Positions 10,701 through 19,925 of a stretch of 64,000 bases of DNA are shown here, piece by piece. Positions within the stretch are counted from its first letter, which is position 1. Every line of letters starts with the position of its first letter. The translations under genes and the position numbers were made by a program. The notes beneath the pieces were generated by a model. It searched no databases, was not told the origin of the DNA, and was given only the letters and a program-made list of their open reading frames with translations. Source of the stretch: an uncultured Bacteroidales bacterium (lineage in GTDB: Bacteria; Bacteroidota; Bacteroidia; Bacteroidales; UBA10428); contig CAYWBC010000014.1 of the NCBI GenBank assembly GCA_964456285.1, forward strand, positions 1 to 64,000, read 5' to 3'.

Positions 10701-12211
10701 AGAAGAAACAGGCCATAATATTGAACGATTTAGATAGGGAGTATAAATCCTATATCACTGAGATCAAAATTAGAAGCGCCGTGCAACCAAAATCGGTCGC
10801 CTACTTCCCTCTATTGTTGAGTGAAAAGATCATTGGTGTATTTACGATTCAAAGCTATGAAAAAAATGCCTTTCCCGAAGTTGATATCTCTATCATCCAA
10901 TCCCTTTTATCCTATATAACAATCAGTGTTGATAATGCACTTGCCTACGATATAGTTAAAAGACAAAAGGAAGAAATTGAAAGGAACCAGGAACAACTTG
11001 AGGATCTTGTGACAGAACGAACCAAAAAACTTGAAATCGCGAAGAATCGGGCCGAAGAAAGTGATCGGCTAAAAACAGCTTTTCTGGCTAACATGTCCCA
11101 TGAAATTCGTACACCACTGAATGCAATTATTGGTTTTGTTGAAATTCTTAACTCACAAGATGTTAATAAGAAAGATACCATTAGGTTTTACGAGATTATC
11201 AAAAAAAGCGGATTCACCCTGCTTCAACTAATTAATGATATCATTGATCTGTCCAAGATTGAAGCCGGCCAACTTGAATTGTTCCATGGGAAGGTAGAAT
11301 TGAATAAAATGCTTAATGATTTGTTCTATACATTCAATGAAGGATTGAAGAATAATCCCGAAAAAGCTGGGATAGATTTTAAGCTTGTCAATAAACTTAA
11401 AAGCAAAGTTGTAATTGGAACTGATCCTGTCCGCCTTGAACAGATATTGAATAATTTATTGAGTAATGCAATAAAGTATACTGAGGAGGGAACTATTGAA
11501 TTTGGGATAAAAGAATTTGTTCAAAATGATAAAATCGTCTTCTATGTGAAAGATACAGGAATTGGTATTCAAAGCAAATACCATATGCGAATTTTTGACC
11601 GGTTCATAAAGATCGATGACGACAATAGCTCTTTCTATCCGGGTGCCGGTCTTGGTTTGGCCATTACAAAACAACTGGCAGAAAAGTTGGGTGCTAAGAT
11701 CGAAATGGACTCTGAAGTGGGCAAAGGAAGCGAATTCCGGTGTATCCTTCCCCATGCAGATCTGAAAGGGACAATGCCTGAAAGTATGGGGAAATCATTC
11801 TCAAATCAAAACAGACCTGTCTGGAAGAATAAAGTATTTCTTATTGTTGATGATGAAGAAACCAATTTATTAATGTTGGAAAAGATACTTTCAAAAACTG
11901 GCGCTAAAATATTAAGCGCTTCAAATGGACTTGAAGCAGTGAAAGTATTTAGTAAACACCAAAAGGAGATTGATGTGGTATTGCTCGATATCAAAATGCC
12001 AAATATGGATGGATTTGAGGCATTGAAAACAATACGGAAAATTGATGCAAATATTATTGTAATTGCCCAGACTGCTTATGCCCTGGCAAATGAAGAACGC
12101 AGTATACGAGAAGCAGGATTTAACGATTATATTTCAAAACCTATTGTCCCGGGAGATCTGTATAATCTGATAAATAAAAACATGCTTGCTTTTAAGGTAG
12201 TTAACAATTAA
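7793..12211 (+). CDS. hybrid sensor histidine kinase/response-receiver with periplasmic two-component-regulator propeller repeats and Y_Y_Y domain (HTCS-like, no AraC HTH)
   Basis: The 1472-aa protein has a signal peptide and about 780 aa of Reg_prop-like repeats. The Y_Y_Y region is ...NYKIKAFTLKFDALYFANPEKNGFKY...GDYTFRIYATN...ILPPFWKTW. A TM helix, a coiled coil and a GAF-like domain follow. Then come HisKA (FLANMSHEIRTPLNAI) and HATPase_c (DTGIGI...GAGLGLAI). The C-terminal REC domain reads VFLIVDDEETN...LLDIKMPNMDGFE...ISKP. There is no HTH after the REC. Confidence 0.85.
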   Translation: MRNIIAIVCILFYMPFVHAQFPTDVHSQYKFRYITIDDGLSHNSVNRICEDDHGYIWIGTNLGLNRLSGTEIRNYFHDPKDPNSLPDHRVYVVFCDSQGTVWIGTDNGLCTYHEGLDAFIQFNNPVLEKGMSFTDITEDREGNIWFGTGHGLFKYNINTGDFNSLERHNAGLLSTGVFRILNVADTMLWLGLYPEGLCSYNIRLNSISTYPCRTEEGYDINQRRIERIFKDKRGDFWFGTFNDGAYKYSLTDSSFTRYVIDEEDIYSTRVRAFFEDNTGKFFVGTRAGLYSYDESTGKFYLYASSTHDFSRLSSNSVLFSFIDHTMGLWIGTIYGGVNYTNLETKQFTAYTSKKNNAYFLNNPSVFGMDEDAEGNIYIGTEGGVNILDAKTSTFTYLQYDPENKNSLSYNDVKSIAVAPNGDFWVGTNRGGLNFYAKRENKFHLFKNIPGDTNSLPIDRIYNIFLDSNEDIYVLSNVDRENRPSTLSILRKGKTSFENYRSEFSNGIIEGPDKNIYIGTQFGFCKYDKKKKKFHFYKNDTLIGNSVSAIHLDRLGRIWIGSNKGLARYDFEKKEFTSYGEKIIYPAYDVTGILSDNQDNLWFSTNSGLFKLLGAINKSIDSVSVRLFNKDDGLPAKEFFYNACFQNKKGEMFFGGINGFVRFYPEEITDSKYKPRIVISDLIIDGEIVREGDIVNGEVILTESINNTNQMKLNYKIKAFTLKFDALYFANPEKNGFKYILENFDNDWQFSNNYNNSVTYANLLPGDYTFRIYATNNDVVLSENPQILKIRILPPFWKTWIFRIAVILSLALLGYFIYKSRIKKFKIQEKALKDAVDKHTKELNESNLELKEQKYEILSQNKEIQSQNEELFSQRELIEEKNSLLEEAVKNLNSLNDFGRHLTSNLNIEVVYKIIEQYLSSILKIDIIGFGVLDENKNEISFTYFGEKGKLIPLFSSSLDDSTSLAAFCYKKKQAIILNDLDREYKSYITEIKIRSAVQPKSVAYFPLLLSEKIIGVFTIQSYEKNAFPEVDISIIQSLLSYITISVDNALAYDIVKRQKEEIERNQEQLEDLVTERTKKLEIAKNRAEESDRLKTAFLANMSHEIRTPLNAIIGFVEILNSQDVNKKDTIRFYEIIKKSGFTLLQLINDIIDLSKIEAGQLELFHGKVELNKMLNDLFYTFNEGLKNNPEKAGIDFKLVNKLKSKVVIGTDPVRLEQILNNLLSNAIKYTEEGTIEFGIKEFVQNDKIVFYVKDTGIGIQSKYHMRIFDRFIKIDDDNSSFYPGAGLGLAITKQLAEKLGAKIEMDSEVGKGSEFRCILPHADLKGTMPESMGKSFSNQNRPVWKNKVFLIVDDEETNLLMLEKILSKTGAKILSASNGLEAVKVFSKHQKEIDVVLLDIKMPNMDGFEALKTIRKIDANIIVIAQTAYALANEERSIREAGFNDYISKPIVPGDLYNLINKNMLAFKVVNN

Positions 12212-12357
12212 AATCGCTACTTCCTAATTAAAATCAGAAGAAGTCTCATTATTGCAATCTTTTACTTGTTCCCTAATTATTATTACTGTTGAGACAAAAC
12301 CGGAATGCTGAATGTTACTTCTTACCTGTCATCTAAAACAAGGATCATCATTCAAGT

Positions 12358-13377
12358 CTATTGATCCAGAATTAAAAACTTTTCTACTGTAATTGCGTCA
12401 TTAATTTGGAGAGAATAAAAATACAATCCGGAGGGTAAAAAATCGCGACTAAAAGTGGTTGTATAATTACCGGGGGACTGAACATTATTGACAAGATAAG
12501 CTACCGGGTTTAACTGCATATTATATACCTTGATAATTACATGGGAAGTTTTCCCGACTGTATATGAAAGAGAAGCTTCATCAATCACAGGATTTGAAAA
12601 AAAAGTGGAAGTAAGGGGCACTTTGTTTGTATTCATAAAGCTGGTAGTCGGCGGATCGGTTACTGTATCAATAATCATGAATTCTTCAGGCAATAGTGCT
12701 TTATGAGTAATTTTCAAGGTTCTAATTGCGCCTTTGTACCACGATACTAAATTTTGACGTACACCCAGTGAAGTAATTCCGGAACTTACTTCCTGGAAAA
12801 AAACTTCACCGGTCAATTCTTCGATTCCATTAACATAGTGTGTCATTACATTATTCTTATAAACAAGACATGCATTCCACCATTCATTGCTTACATGAGG
12901 GTAATCCTCGGCTAAAAGAGCTTTGGAGGATGCCCCGGATTTAATAAAAGTATCAAGAAACCAATCCTCATCAGGTTTAGATCTCAATTCGATAAGTGCT
13001 CGATTATTATCATCCTGTTCCATATGAACAAATCGTTGCTCTTCGAGACCACCAGGGTAGGGTTTAAAAACTACCTCAATTGTAAATTCGCTTGCACCTG
13101 CCAGAGGATTAGATCCTATTAATAAGCCATCGTCTACACCGTCGAATTCAATTGCATCACCCTTATCGGTTTGGATAAGTATCGGATTCCCTATGAGCGT
13201 AACAGGAAATCCTCCAATAGTATCAAGGCGGTTTAATTCCCAAACTATTACTTCCGGCTCTTCACCAAGTATATTTGTTGAAGAGATTATGAACATTGAA
13301 ATACAAAGAGTAAGTATTAGTTTCATAGGTGATCTCATTTTCTTTGATTGGTATAAACAATAGAACAAATATAACAA
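12358..13377 (-). CDS. secreted LamG-like (concanavalin A-like lectin, Laminin_G_3-type) protein with T9SS C-terminal sorting domain
   Basis: A signal peptide is present. The true start is probably the MRSPMKLILTL Met at about 13338, or the Met at 13326. A Laminin_G_3-like pattern is seen (FDGVDDGLLIG...EFTIEVVFKPY...WNACLVYKNNVMTHYVNG). The C-terminus ...VIIKVYNMQLNPVAYLV...SGLYFYSLQINDAITVEKFLI is a Por CTD. Confidence 0.6.
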   Translation of the reverse strand: MLYLFYCLYQSKKMRSPMKLILTLCISMFIISSTNILGEEPEVIVWELNRLDTIGGFPVTLIGNPILIQTDKGDAIEFDGVDDGLLIGSNPLAGASEFTIEVVFKPYPGGLEEQRFVHMEQDDNNRALIELRSKPDEDWFLDTFIKSGASSKALLAEDYPHVSNEWWNACLVYKNNVMTHYVNGIEELTGEVFFQEVSSGITSLGVRQNLVSWYKGAIRTLKITHKALLPEEFMIIDTVTDPPTTSFMNTNKVPLTSTFFSNPVIDEASLSYTVGKTSHVIIKVYNMQLNPVAYLVNNVQSPGNYTTTFSRDFLPSGLYFYSLQINDAITVEKFLILDQ

Positions 13378-13469
13378 TTGTGTTGTACTAAAGGGTATGT
13401 CTTATGCTTTAGTAGGATTACACTTTTACAAGCAAATAAGTGTTAAAGATTTAAATACAAAATTACCTG

Positions 13470-13495
13470 TCGATAGTTCTTAAGAACTATCGACA
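13470..13495. promoter_or_regulatory. perfect 26-bp palindrome GTCGATAGTTCTTAAGAACTATCGAC upstream of the LamG/T9SS gene; candidate operator
   Basis: The two 13-bp arms are exact reverse complements. The site lies 75-170 bp upstream of the candidate starts of the 12358..13377 gene and 175 bp past the stop of the upstream sensor gene. Confidence 0.35.
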
Positions 13496-13671
13496 CTATT
13501 ATTCCTTCAAGAAACTAGTCATTGAAGAAGCAAAAAATAAGAATTATAATAAGCATAATATCGAGAACTCATAATACAGGGGGAAACAATGCTTGATATA
13601 TCTGAATCAAGTACATTTCATACTAGATAGAGTGATGAGGTGATTTTTCATGCTGCGTGAGATTAATTAAG

Positions 13672-16600
13672 TTAATGGTTAAGATCCAGAACTTCCACAC
13701 AGCCTACAATACCACCCGTTGATGCATTCTTAATAATTTTATGAATTAGCTTATAGGATTTATCATTTGATTTTTGGGTATATTCAAGGTTCAACAATTC
13801 TTCCAGCTTTTCAATATCTAACTCCTTTTTCAATTCTTTAAAAACTGAGAAAAGATCTGAATTAACCAAACTTTCAGGCTTTAGGCCAAGCAAATCCAAT
13901 CCATGACCATAAATCTGGTTTAACAATCCAGTATGATTCGCTTCATAACAAATCAGCGAATTTGTGCTGGTCAGTTCCTTCAATAATGTGCTAATACTCT
14001 CAAGTTTACCGCTCAGCAATTTCTGATCGGTGATATTTTGAGTAATTGTTAAAGTACCTACCATCTCATTCCTAGCATTCTTAAATGGAATTCTTGAAGT
14101 TGAACCCCATTGTACCCTGCCATCATTAAACTTTATTTGTTCCTCATTATTAATTATAGCTTTCCCGGATTTCATCAAGTTTCTTTCATCAATTAAGGCC
14201 TTATCAAAGTGTTCTTTTCCAAAAAAATCGGCATCTGTAAGTCCAATAGCATCTTTTAATTTTGTAAGCTTTAAAGCATTTAATTTTGTTTTATTGACCC
14301 TCAGATAGACTCCCTCCGTATCCTTAAATGTAATCCGATCCTGCAGAAAATCCAGTAATGCTGCAAGCATTGCCGTCTCACTCTCAAAGTCCTCCTGCTT
14401 TCGTAATAGTTCATCCTGCGTTGCCTGCATCTCTTCCATGTTTTGACGTATTTCTTCTTCCTGGGCAAGAAGTTCTTCCCTTTGCTCATTTGCAATACTT
14501 ACAGCTTGTAAAGCTTGCTCATTACCCCGAACAATAGATATTACAGAAGTAATATTTTCAGCTACTTTTTCAACTAATTCAACTTTATAATCTTCAATTT
14601 TCTGAAAGGACGTTAATTCAATAATCCCAATCTTATAATCTCCAAGTTTGATAGGAACTAAAACAAGGTGTTCCGGCGATGCATTACCTAAGCCGGAGGC
14701 TATATGAGAGTATTCCGCAGGCAAATTATCTATTCTGATTGTTTCACAATCTTTAAAACAGGCCCCTATTAAACCCTCACCGGGTAAAAAACTTTTTTTC
14801 TCAAGCTTCTCTTTTGAATATGCAAAGGATGCAACAAGTTCCAATAACTGTCCATCTTCCTCAAGTTTGTCATCGTTAATAAGGAAAATACCTCCCTGGT
14901 CAGCTTCAACATATGATACAAGACTACTTATCACTGCCTGTGATAATTTTATAGTATTCTCCTGGTTACTACTTAACAAATCAGAAAATTTTACAATGCC
15001 CTCATTATACCATTTTGTCAAAGCTGCCTGTTCTTCTTTTTGCTTTAGAGCAACTTGCTGTTGAAGTATTTCTTCTTTTTGTTTTTCTATTTCGTCCTTT
15101 CCTTGTTTCAATTCCTTCTCCAATCGATCCTTGTCAGCCTTCACTTGCTTTTCACGTATTTTAAACAATATCCAGACAGCAAAAACAATAGCTATAATTA
15201 CGAGCGAATAGAACCACCATGTTTTCCAGAATGGAGGTACAATTTTGATATTTAATTGTATGGGCTCCTCATTCCATACTCCATCGCTATTTGCTGCAGT
15301 TACTATAAAAGTGTAGTCACCAGCAGACAAATTAGAATAGGTAGCAAAATTGTTACCCGCTTTTCTGAATTGCCATTCCTTATCAAAGCCTTCAAGTTTG
15401 TACTTAAAAGTATTCTTTTGAGGATCGGCATAGTGAAGCGCTGCAAACTCGATGCTAAAAACATTTTGCTTTCTACCTAGTTTTATATCATCAGTAACTG
15501 ATATTGATTTCTTTAATATTAATCTGCCTTCTACCTTTTTACCAATTGGAGTTGAGGTATTAAATATCTTCAGATCGGTTAGTACAACATCCGGAGATAC
15601 AGGATTATCAACTATTTTACTGGGGAAAAATGTATTAAAGCCGTTTATCCCTCCAAACGCCAGTTCACCTGACTTGCATTTATAATAGGCATTGTAATTA
15701 AATTGCTTACTCTGTAAACCATCTTTACTGTCAAATACTCTGATTTTAAAATTCTTGATATCTTCAACAATCTTAGACATTCTTAACAATCCAAAATTTG
15801 TACTAACCCAAAGGCCTTTTTCTTCATCCTCCAGAATGCCAAAAACTTCACCAATAGGATAACCATTTTCCTCAGAAAACCTCATATAAGATTCATCTTT
15901 TGGATCATATCTGACCAGGCCTGTTATACTTCCTATCCAAAGTCGGTTTTCAGAATCTTTTTTTATCGCGTTTATAAAACCATAAAGCGTATCATTTGAA
16001 TAAAAAGTAAATAAACTGTCCTTTCTGGTGAAAATCCAAAATCCATTTTCACCTCCAATATAAACATCCCCAAATTCATTTTGATCAAATCCATAATTGG
16101 CTCCTTCGTTCAAATGAATAAATTTATCAGATCCATTTGGCAAGTAATCAATATTTAAGTATGAATTGCCATTGACGGCATTTGTAATAATCCAAAGATT
16201 GTTGTCAATATCATTCAGTAAACCATATATTTGATTTCCGGCCAGACTATTGGGATCGTCGGGATCATTCATGTATGATTTAAATTTACCTGTTTCCACA
16301 TTATAGTAATTTAACCCGCCATTGTTTGTTCCAACCCATAAATTACCTGAAGCATCCCATTCTAGTTTTTTAATATCATTGTAGCTTAAAGAATTAGGAT
16401 CATCCGGATCATTAATAAAATACTTGAAAGTATAAGTTGTTCTATCCAGAAAGTTCAAACCATTGTCTCCTCCAACCCACAAATTTCCATTTGAATCTTC
16501 TGTAATAGCATAGATATTAGAACCATTGAGAAAGTGATTATCATCTTTACCAGCTGCATAGTGAATAAATTCTTTTCTTAGTAGATCGGTATAGTTAACT

Positions 16601-17625
16601 CCTCCCGAGTATGTGCCAAGCCAGAGTGTACCGGCCTTATCAATAAAACTGCATAATATTGAGTTTTGGCTTAAGTTTGAAAAGTTATGCCCCTCATATG
16701 CATAGTGAGTAAACCCATTTGTAGAGTTATCCCGAATATACAATCCACCTCGTGTACCAATGAAAAAATTGCCTTTCAGGTCTTCAAATATAGCCCTCAC
16801 CCTGGTTGAATACCTATTATTTATATCAGGAATAGTACGAATAAAAGAACCGCTTGCGGGCACATATTGATTCAATCCATTATCCATCGTTCCTGCCCAA
16901 ATATTGCCATTACTATCCTCATACAGCCGTTCAATCCGGTTGTCACTAATTGATGTGGAATCTTCAGGATCATTACTGAAACTTTTAAAAGTATCATCAG
17001 ATTGATTATAAAGACGCAGCCCATTATCACGAACTGAGATCCAAACATTATCATTTTTGTCTACCAAAAGTCCGTAAATATCACCCGGTGGAAAATCATA
17101 GGCATTATCCTCGTCATTACTAAAATATATAATTTCCGAAGAATTAAGATCCAGGGCATACAAACCCGATGAAGCTCCAATCCAGAGTTTACCAACTTTA
17201 TCTTCATCCATTACATGAACATTCCCTAATGGCCAGGTAATATCTTTGTGAGAAAATCTGCTAAAATTATCTTGATCGATATTATAGAGGTCCAGGCCTT
17301 CAGTTGTAGCGAACCATAAATTGTTCTTGCTGTCGAGATATATAGAATTTACTTCGTTTGATGATATTGTGCTTTCATCATTAGGATCGTGTCTGTGCGG
17401 AACAATTGTTATACCATCGAACTTATCAGCTCCATAGTCAGTTGACATCCAAATAAATCCCTGAGAATCCTGGCAAACCGATGTCACCCTATTATGTGAC
17501 AAGCCTTGATCAATTGTGATATGCTTGAATTTATACTGACTCTGAACTCCCTGTTGTGCTTGAGAATGTGCTGATACAACAGCAATGCAAATAATCAGAT
17601 ACCCACCTAATAAAATTCTCCTCAT
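13672..17625 (-). CDS. periplasmic propeller/Y_Y_Y sensor with cytoplasmic GAF and PAS domains but no histidine kinase or output domain (paralog of 7793..12211)
   Basis: The start is taken at MRRILLGGYLIICIA (signal). The N-terminus is paralogous to the HTCS (QSQYKFKHITIDQGLSHN vs HSQYKFRYITIDDGLSHN; IVPPFWKTWWF vs ILPPFWKTWIF). A TM helix, coiled coil, GAF-like region, coiled coil and PAS-like region follow (...FKDTEGVYLRVNKTKLNALKL...NNEEQIKFNDGRVQWGSTSRIPFKNARNEMVGTLTITQNITD). There is no H-box, HATPase, REC or HTH. Confidence 0.75.
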   Translation of the reverse strand: MRRILLGGYLIICIAVVSAHSQAQQGVQSQYKFKHITIDQGLSHNRVTSVCQDSQGFIWMSTDYGADKFDGITIVPHRHDPNDESTISSNEVNSIYLDSKNNLWFATTEGLDLYNIDQDNFSRFSHKDITWPLGNVHVMDEDKVGKLWIGASSGLYALDLNSSEIIYFSNDEDNAYDFPPGDIYGLLVDKNDNVWISVRDNGLRLYNQSDDTFKSFSNDPEDSTSISDNRIERLYEDSNGNIWAGTMDNGLNQYVPASGSFIRTIPDINNRYSTRVRAIFEDLKGNFFIGTRGGLYIRDNSTNGFTHYAYEGHNFSNLSQNSILCSFIDKAGTLWLGTYSGGVNYTDLLRKEFIHYAAGKDDNHFLNGSNIYAITEDSNGNLWVGGDNGLNFLDRTTYTFKYFINDPDDPNSLSYNDIKKLEWDASGNLWVGTNNGGLNYYNVETGKFKSYMNDPDDPNSLAGNQIYGLLNDIDNNLWIITNAVNGNSYLNIDYLPNGSDKFIHLNEGANYGFDQNEFGDVYIGGENGFWIFTRKDSLFTFYSNDTLYGFINAIKKDSENRLWIGSITGLVRYDPKDESYMRFSEENGYPIGEVFGILEDEEKGLWVSTNFGLLRMSKIVEDIKNFKIRVFDSKDGLQSKQFNYNAYYKCKSGELAFGGINGFNTFFPSKIVDNPVSPDVVLTDLKIFNTSTPIGKKVEGRLILKKSISVTDDIKLGRKQNVFSIEFAALHYADPQKNTFKYKLEGFDKEWQFRKAGNNFATYSNLSAGDYTFIVTAANSDGVWNEEPIQLNIKIVPPFWKTWWFYSLVIIAIVFAVWILFKIREKQVKADKDRLEKELKQGKDEIEKQKEEILQQQVALKQKEEQAALTKWYNEGIVKFSDLLSSNQENTIKLSQAVISSLVSYVEADQGGIFLINDDKLEEDGQLLELVASFAYSKEKLEKKSFLPGEGLIGACFKDCETIRIDNLPAEYSHIASGLGNASPEHLVLVPIKLGDYKIGIIELTSFQKIEDYKVELVEKVAENITSVISIVRGNEQALQAVSIANEQREELLAQEEEIRQNMEEMQATQDELLRKQEDFESETAMLAALLDFLQDRITFKDTEGVYLRVNKTKLNALKLTKLKDAIGLTDADFFGKEHFDKALIDERNLMKSGKAIINNEEQIKFNDGRVQWGSTSRIPFKNARNEMVGTLTITQNITDQKLLSGKLESISTLLKELTSTNSLICYEANHTGLLNQIYGHGLDLLGLKPESLVNSDLFSVFKELKKELDIEKLEELLNLEYTQKSNDKSYKLIHKIIKNASTGGIVGCVEVLDLNH

Positions 17626-17966
17626 AATATGCGCTTTCTTATTATTAAATATAATAAAAGCTGAGAAATTTATCCCGATATTAGAATAATTTATGATCAT
17701 TGCAGCTTGCTTATAGTGTTAAGTTTATCAATCCTTGATCAAGCAGCTTCCATAAAAAGAATACTTAGACCTTGAGTGAGATCTTGGGCAACATAAATAC
17801 CTGGCTGTAGAACTCAGCCTTAAACATTTCGCGGATAGTACTATATTTGAGTAACATAATATTTAATAAATGGTTTGGCGTACTGATAATAAAATATCCC
17901 GAAATGCACAATGATTTCATGCCGCCAATCTGTTGACGTTCATTTAGTCATAAAATAATAAAACTT

Positions 17967-18284
17967 ATGAATAATTTATTAATAGCAATTCTAATCGGAC
18001 TAACAGCCGGAATTATTGATGTAATTCCAATGCTTATTATGAAACTTGAAAAGTCGGCTAACTTATCAGCATTTGTACATTATTTTGTCCTTGGATTGAT
18101 CATCCCCTTTGTAGAATGGAATATTGCACCCTGGCTTAAAGGAATCATAATCGCATTATTATCTGCTGTCCCGATAATGATTATTGTTTTCCAAAAAGAT
18201 AAAAAAGCAATAATCCCCATATTTGTATTTGCTTTGATTCTTGGGGCAGGTATTGGTTTAGCAGGAGCAAAATTTATAGTCTAG
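17967..18284 (+). CDS. small polytopic membrane protein (about 3-4 TM), hypothetical
   Basis: 105 aa and almost entirely hydrophobic (LLIAILIGLTAGIIDVIPMLIM..., IIIALLSAVPIMIIVF..., IFVFALILGAGIGLAG). Confidence 0.5.
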   Translation: MNNLLIAILIGLTAGIIDVIPMLIMKLEKSANLSAFVHYFVLGLIIPFVEWNIAPWLKGIIIALLSAVPIMIIVFQKDKKAIIPIFVFALILGAGIGLAGAKFIV

Positions 18285-18411
18285 GCGAAACTTGAATTAA
18301 TAAATAATCGCATGCTAACACAATGCAAAAAATAAACTGTATTGAAATTCGTGCCTGTTTCTACATCCTGCAGCTGTAAACAATCGAATTATGAAAATGG
18401 CATATTGATAA

Positions 18412-18912
18412 TTGAATGTTATGAAACAAGTAATAATTCTGATCGGTTTGAAAGGAAGTGGTAAGACATATATTGGTTCCTTAATTCAAGAAAAATTTGG
18501 AATTAAATTCTTTCGTGTAGAAAATGTATGGCTGGCTCTTAAATCAGAGAGACTTTCAGATGAATACATTATGGAAGGATTTAATTTAGTTGAAAAAGAA
18601 ATTGACAATTTGCTTTTAGATTCAGATCGGATCACTATTGAATCGACAGGTACTACAGAATATTTTAATCCCTTTTTAAAAAGATTAAAGAACAAATATA
18701 ATTTGAAGCTAATTAAAATAGAAACTTCTTTTAGTACCTGTCTTAAAAGAGTTAAATCAAGAGATGCATCTGTTCATATTCCGGTGTCCGATGATCTTAT
18801 TGAACAAGTAAATCTTGAAGCTTCAACAGTGGATTTGGAATTTGATGCAGTCATTGAGAATGAGAAATCCACAGAGAATGAGATTTTAAATAAGCTTCGA
18901 AATATTCTCTAA
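18412..18912 (+). CDS. P-loop NTPase, small nucleotide/nucleoside-kinase-like protein
   Basis: A Walker A motif GLKGSGKT lies near the N-terminus. The 166-aa size is typical of AAA_33/shikimate-kinase-like small kinases. Confidence 0.55.
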   Translation: MNVMKQVIILIGLKGSGKTYIGSLIQEKFGIKFFRVENVWLALKSERLSDEYIMEGFNLVEKEIDNLLLDSDRITIESTGTTEYFNPFLKRLKNKYNLKLIKIETSFSTCLKRVKSRDASVHIPVSDDLIEQVNLEASTVDLEFDAVIENEKSTENEILNKLRNIL

Positions 18913-18998
18913 TGAAGATCTACACTCAATTGTATCAAGCACAAAATAAAATCTATTATCACGAAAACTGCTGCACTAACAATATAAGATGATAACAT

Positions 18999-19925
18999 AT
19001 GAATAAAGACAAAACTGCCATAAAAACCAAAAACCTGACAAAGCATTTTGGAAAAAGAGTTGCAGTAGACCAGCTAAACATAGAAATCAAGCAAGGTGAG
19101 ATTTTTTCTCTGCTTGGCACAAATGGAGCAGGCAAAACTACCACCATTAAAATGTTGAGTTGTTTATTAAAACCTACATCAGGCCTTGCATCGATTATGG
19201 ATCTTGACATTAAAGAAGATTCGCAAAAAATAAAGGAAATTATCGGGGTTTCTCCTCAGGAAACTGCAATAGCCGGGCATTTAAACACAAAAGAGAATCT
19301 TCTTTTAATGGGTGGTGTATTTGGATTGAAAAAGAATGAATCGAGAAATAGAGCAAGAAACTTAATGGAATTGATGGAGCTTGAGGATAGAAAGGACCAG
19401 TCAAGAAAACTGTCAGGTGGTTTGCAACGTCGACTTAGTATAGCAATGGCTTTAATGTCCGATCCTCAAATATTGTTTCTGGATGAACCAACATTGGGTC
19501 TTGATCCTTATGCAAGAAAATCGGTTTGGAATTATATTGAAAAACTGAAAACAGAAAAGACTATTTTGCTTACGACCCACTACCTGGAAGAAGCTGATTC
19601 ATTGGCTGATCAAATAGCAATAATGGATAAGGGGAAAATAATAGAAACAGGCACCTCACATGAATTAAAAAAGAGATACACGAATAAACAAATACTTAAA
19701 ATTTCGGGAGAGAACATCACTGCAGAAATTATTGATGATCTCAATAAACAAGGACTAGAAACAATTACAATTCAAAACGGGATAGAGATTAAAGCCAAAC
19801 AATTGAATGTTGATTCTATAATAGATACTTTGAAAAAAAACAATGTAATTATAAATGGAATACAAATGCAGGAACCAACATTGGATGATGTTTTTCTTCA
19901 ATTGACAGGAAAGGAGACAATATAA
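18999..19925 (+). CDS. ABC transporter ATP-binding protein (ABC-2/DrrA-type)
   Basis: Walker A GTNGAGKTT, ABC signature LSGGLQRRL and Walker B FLDEPTLGLD are all present. Confidence 0.9.
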   Translation: MNKDKTAIKTKNLTKHFGKRVAVDQLNIEIKQGEIFSLLGTNGAGKTTTIKMLSCLLKPTSGLASIMDLDIKEDSQKIKEIIGVSPQETAIAGHLNTKENLLLMGGVFGLKKNESRNRARNLMELMELEDRKDQSRKLSGGLQRRLSIAMALMSDPQILFLDEPTLGLDPYARKSVWNYIEKLKTEKTILLTTHYLEEADSLADQIAIMDKGKIIETGTSHELKKRYTNKQILKISGENITAEIIDDLNKQGLETITIQNGIEIKAKQLNVDSIIDTLKKNNVIINGIQMQEPTLDDVFLQLTGKETI

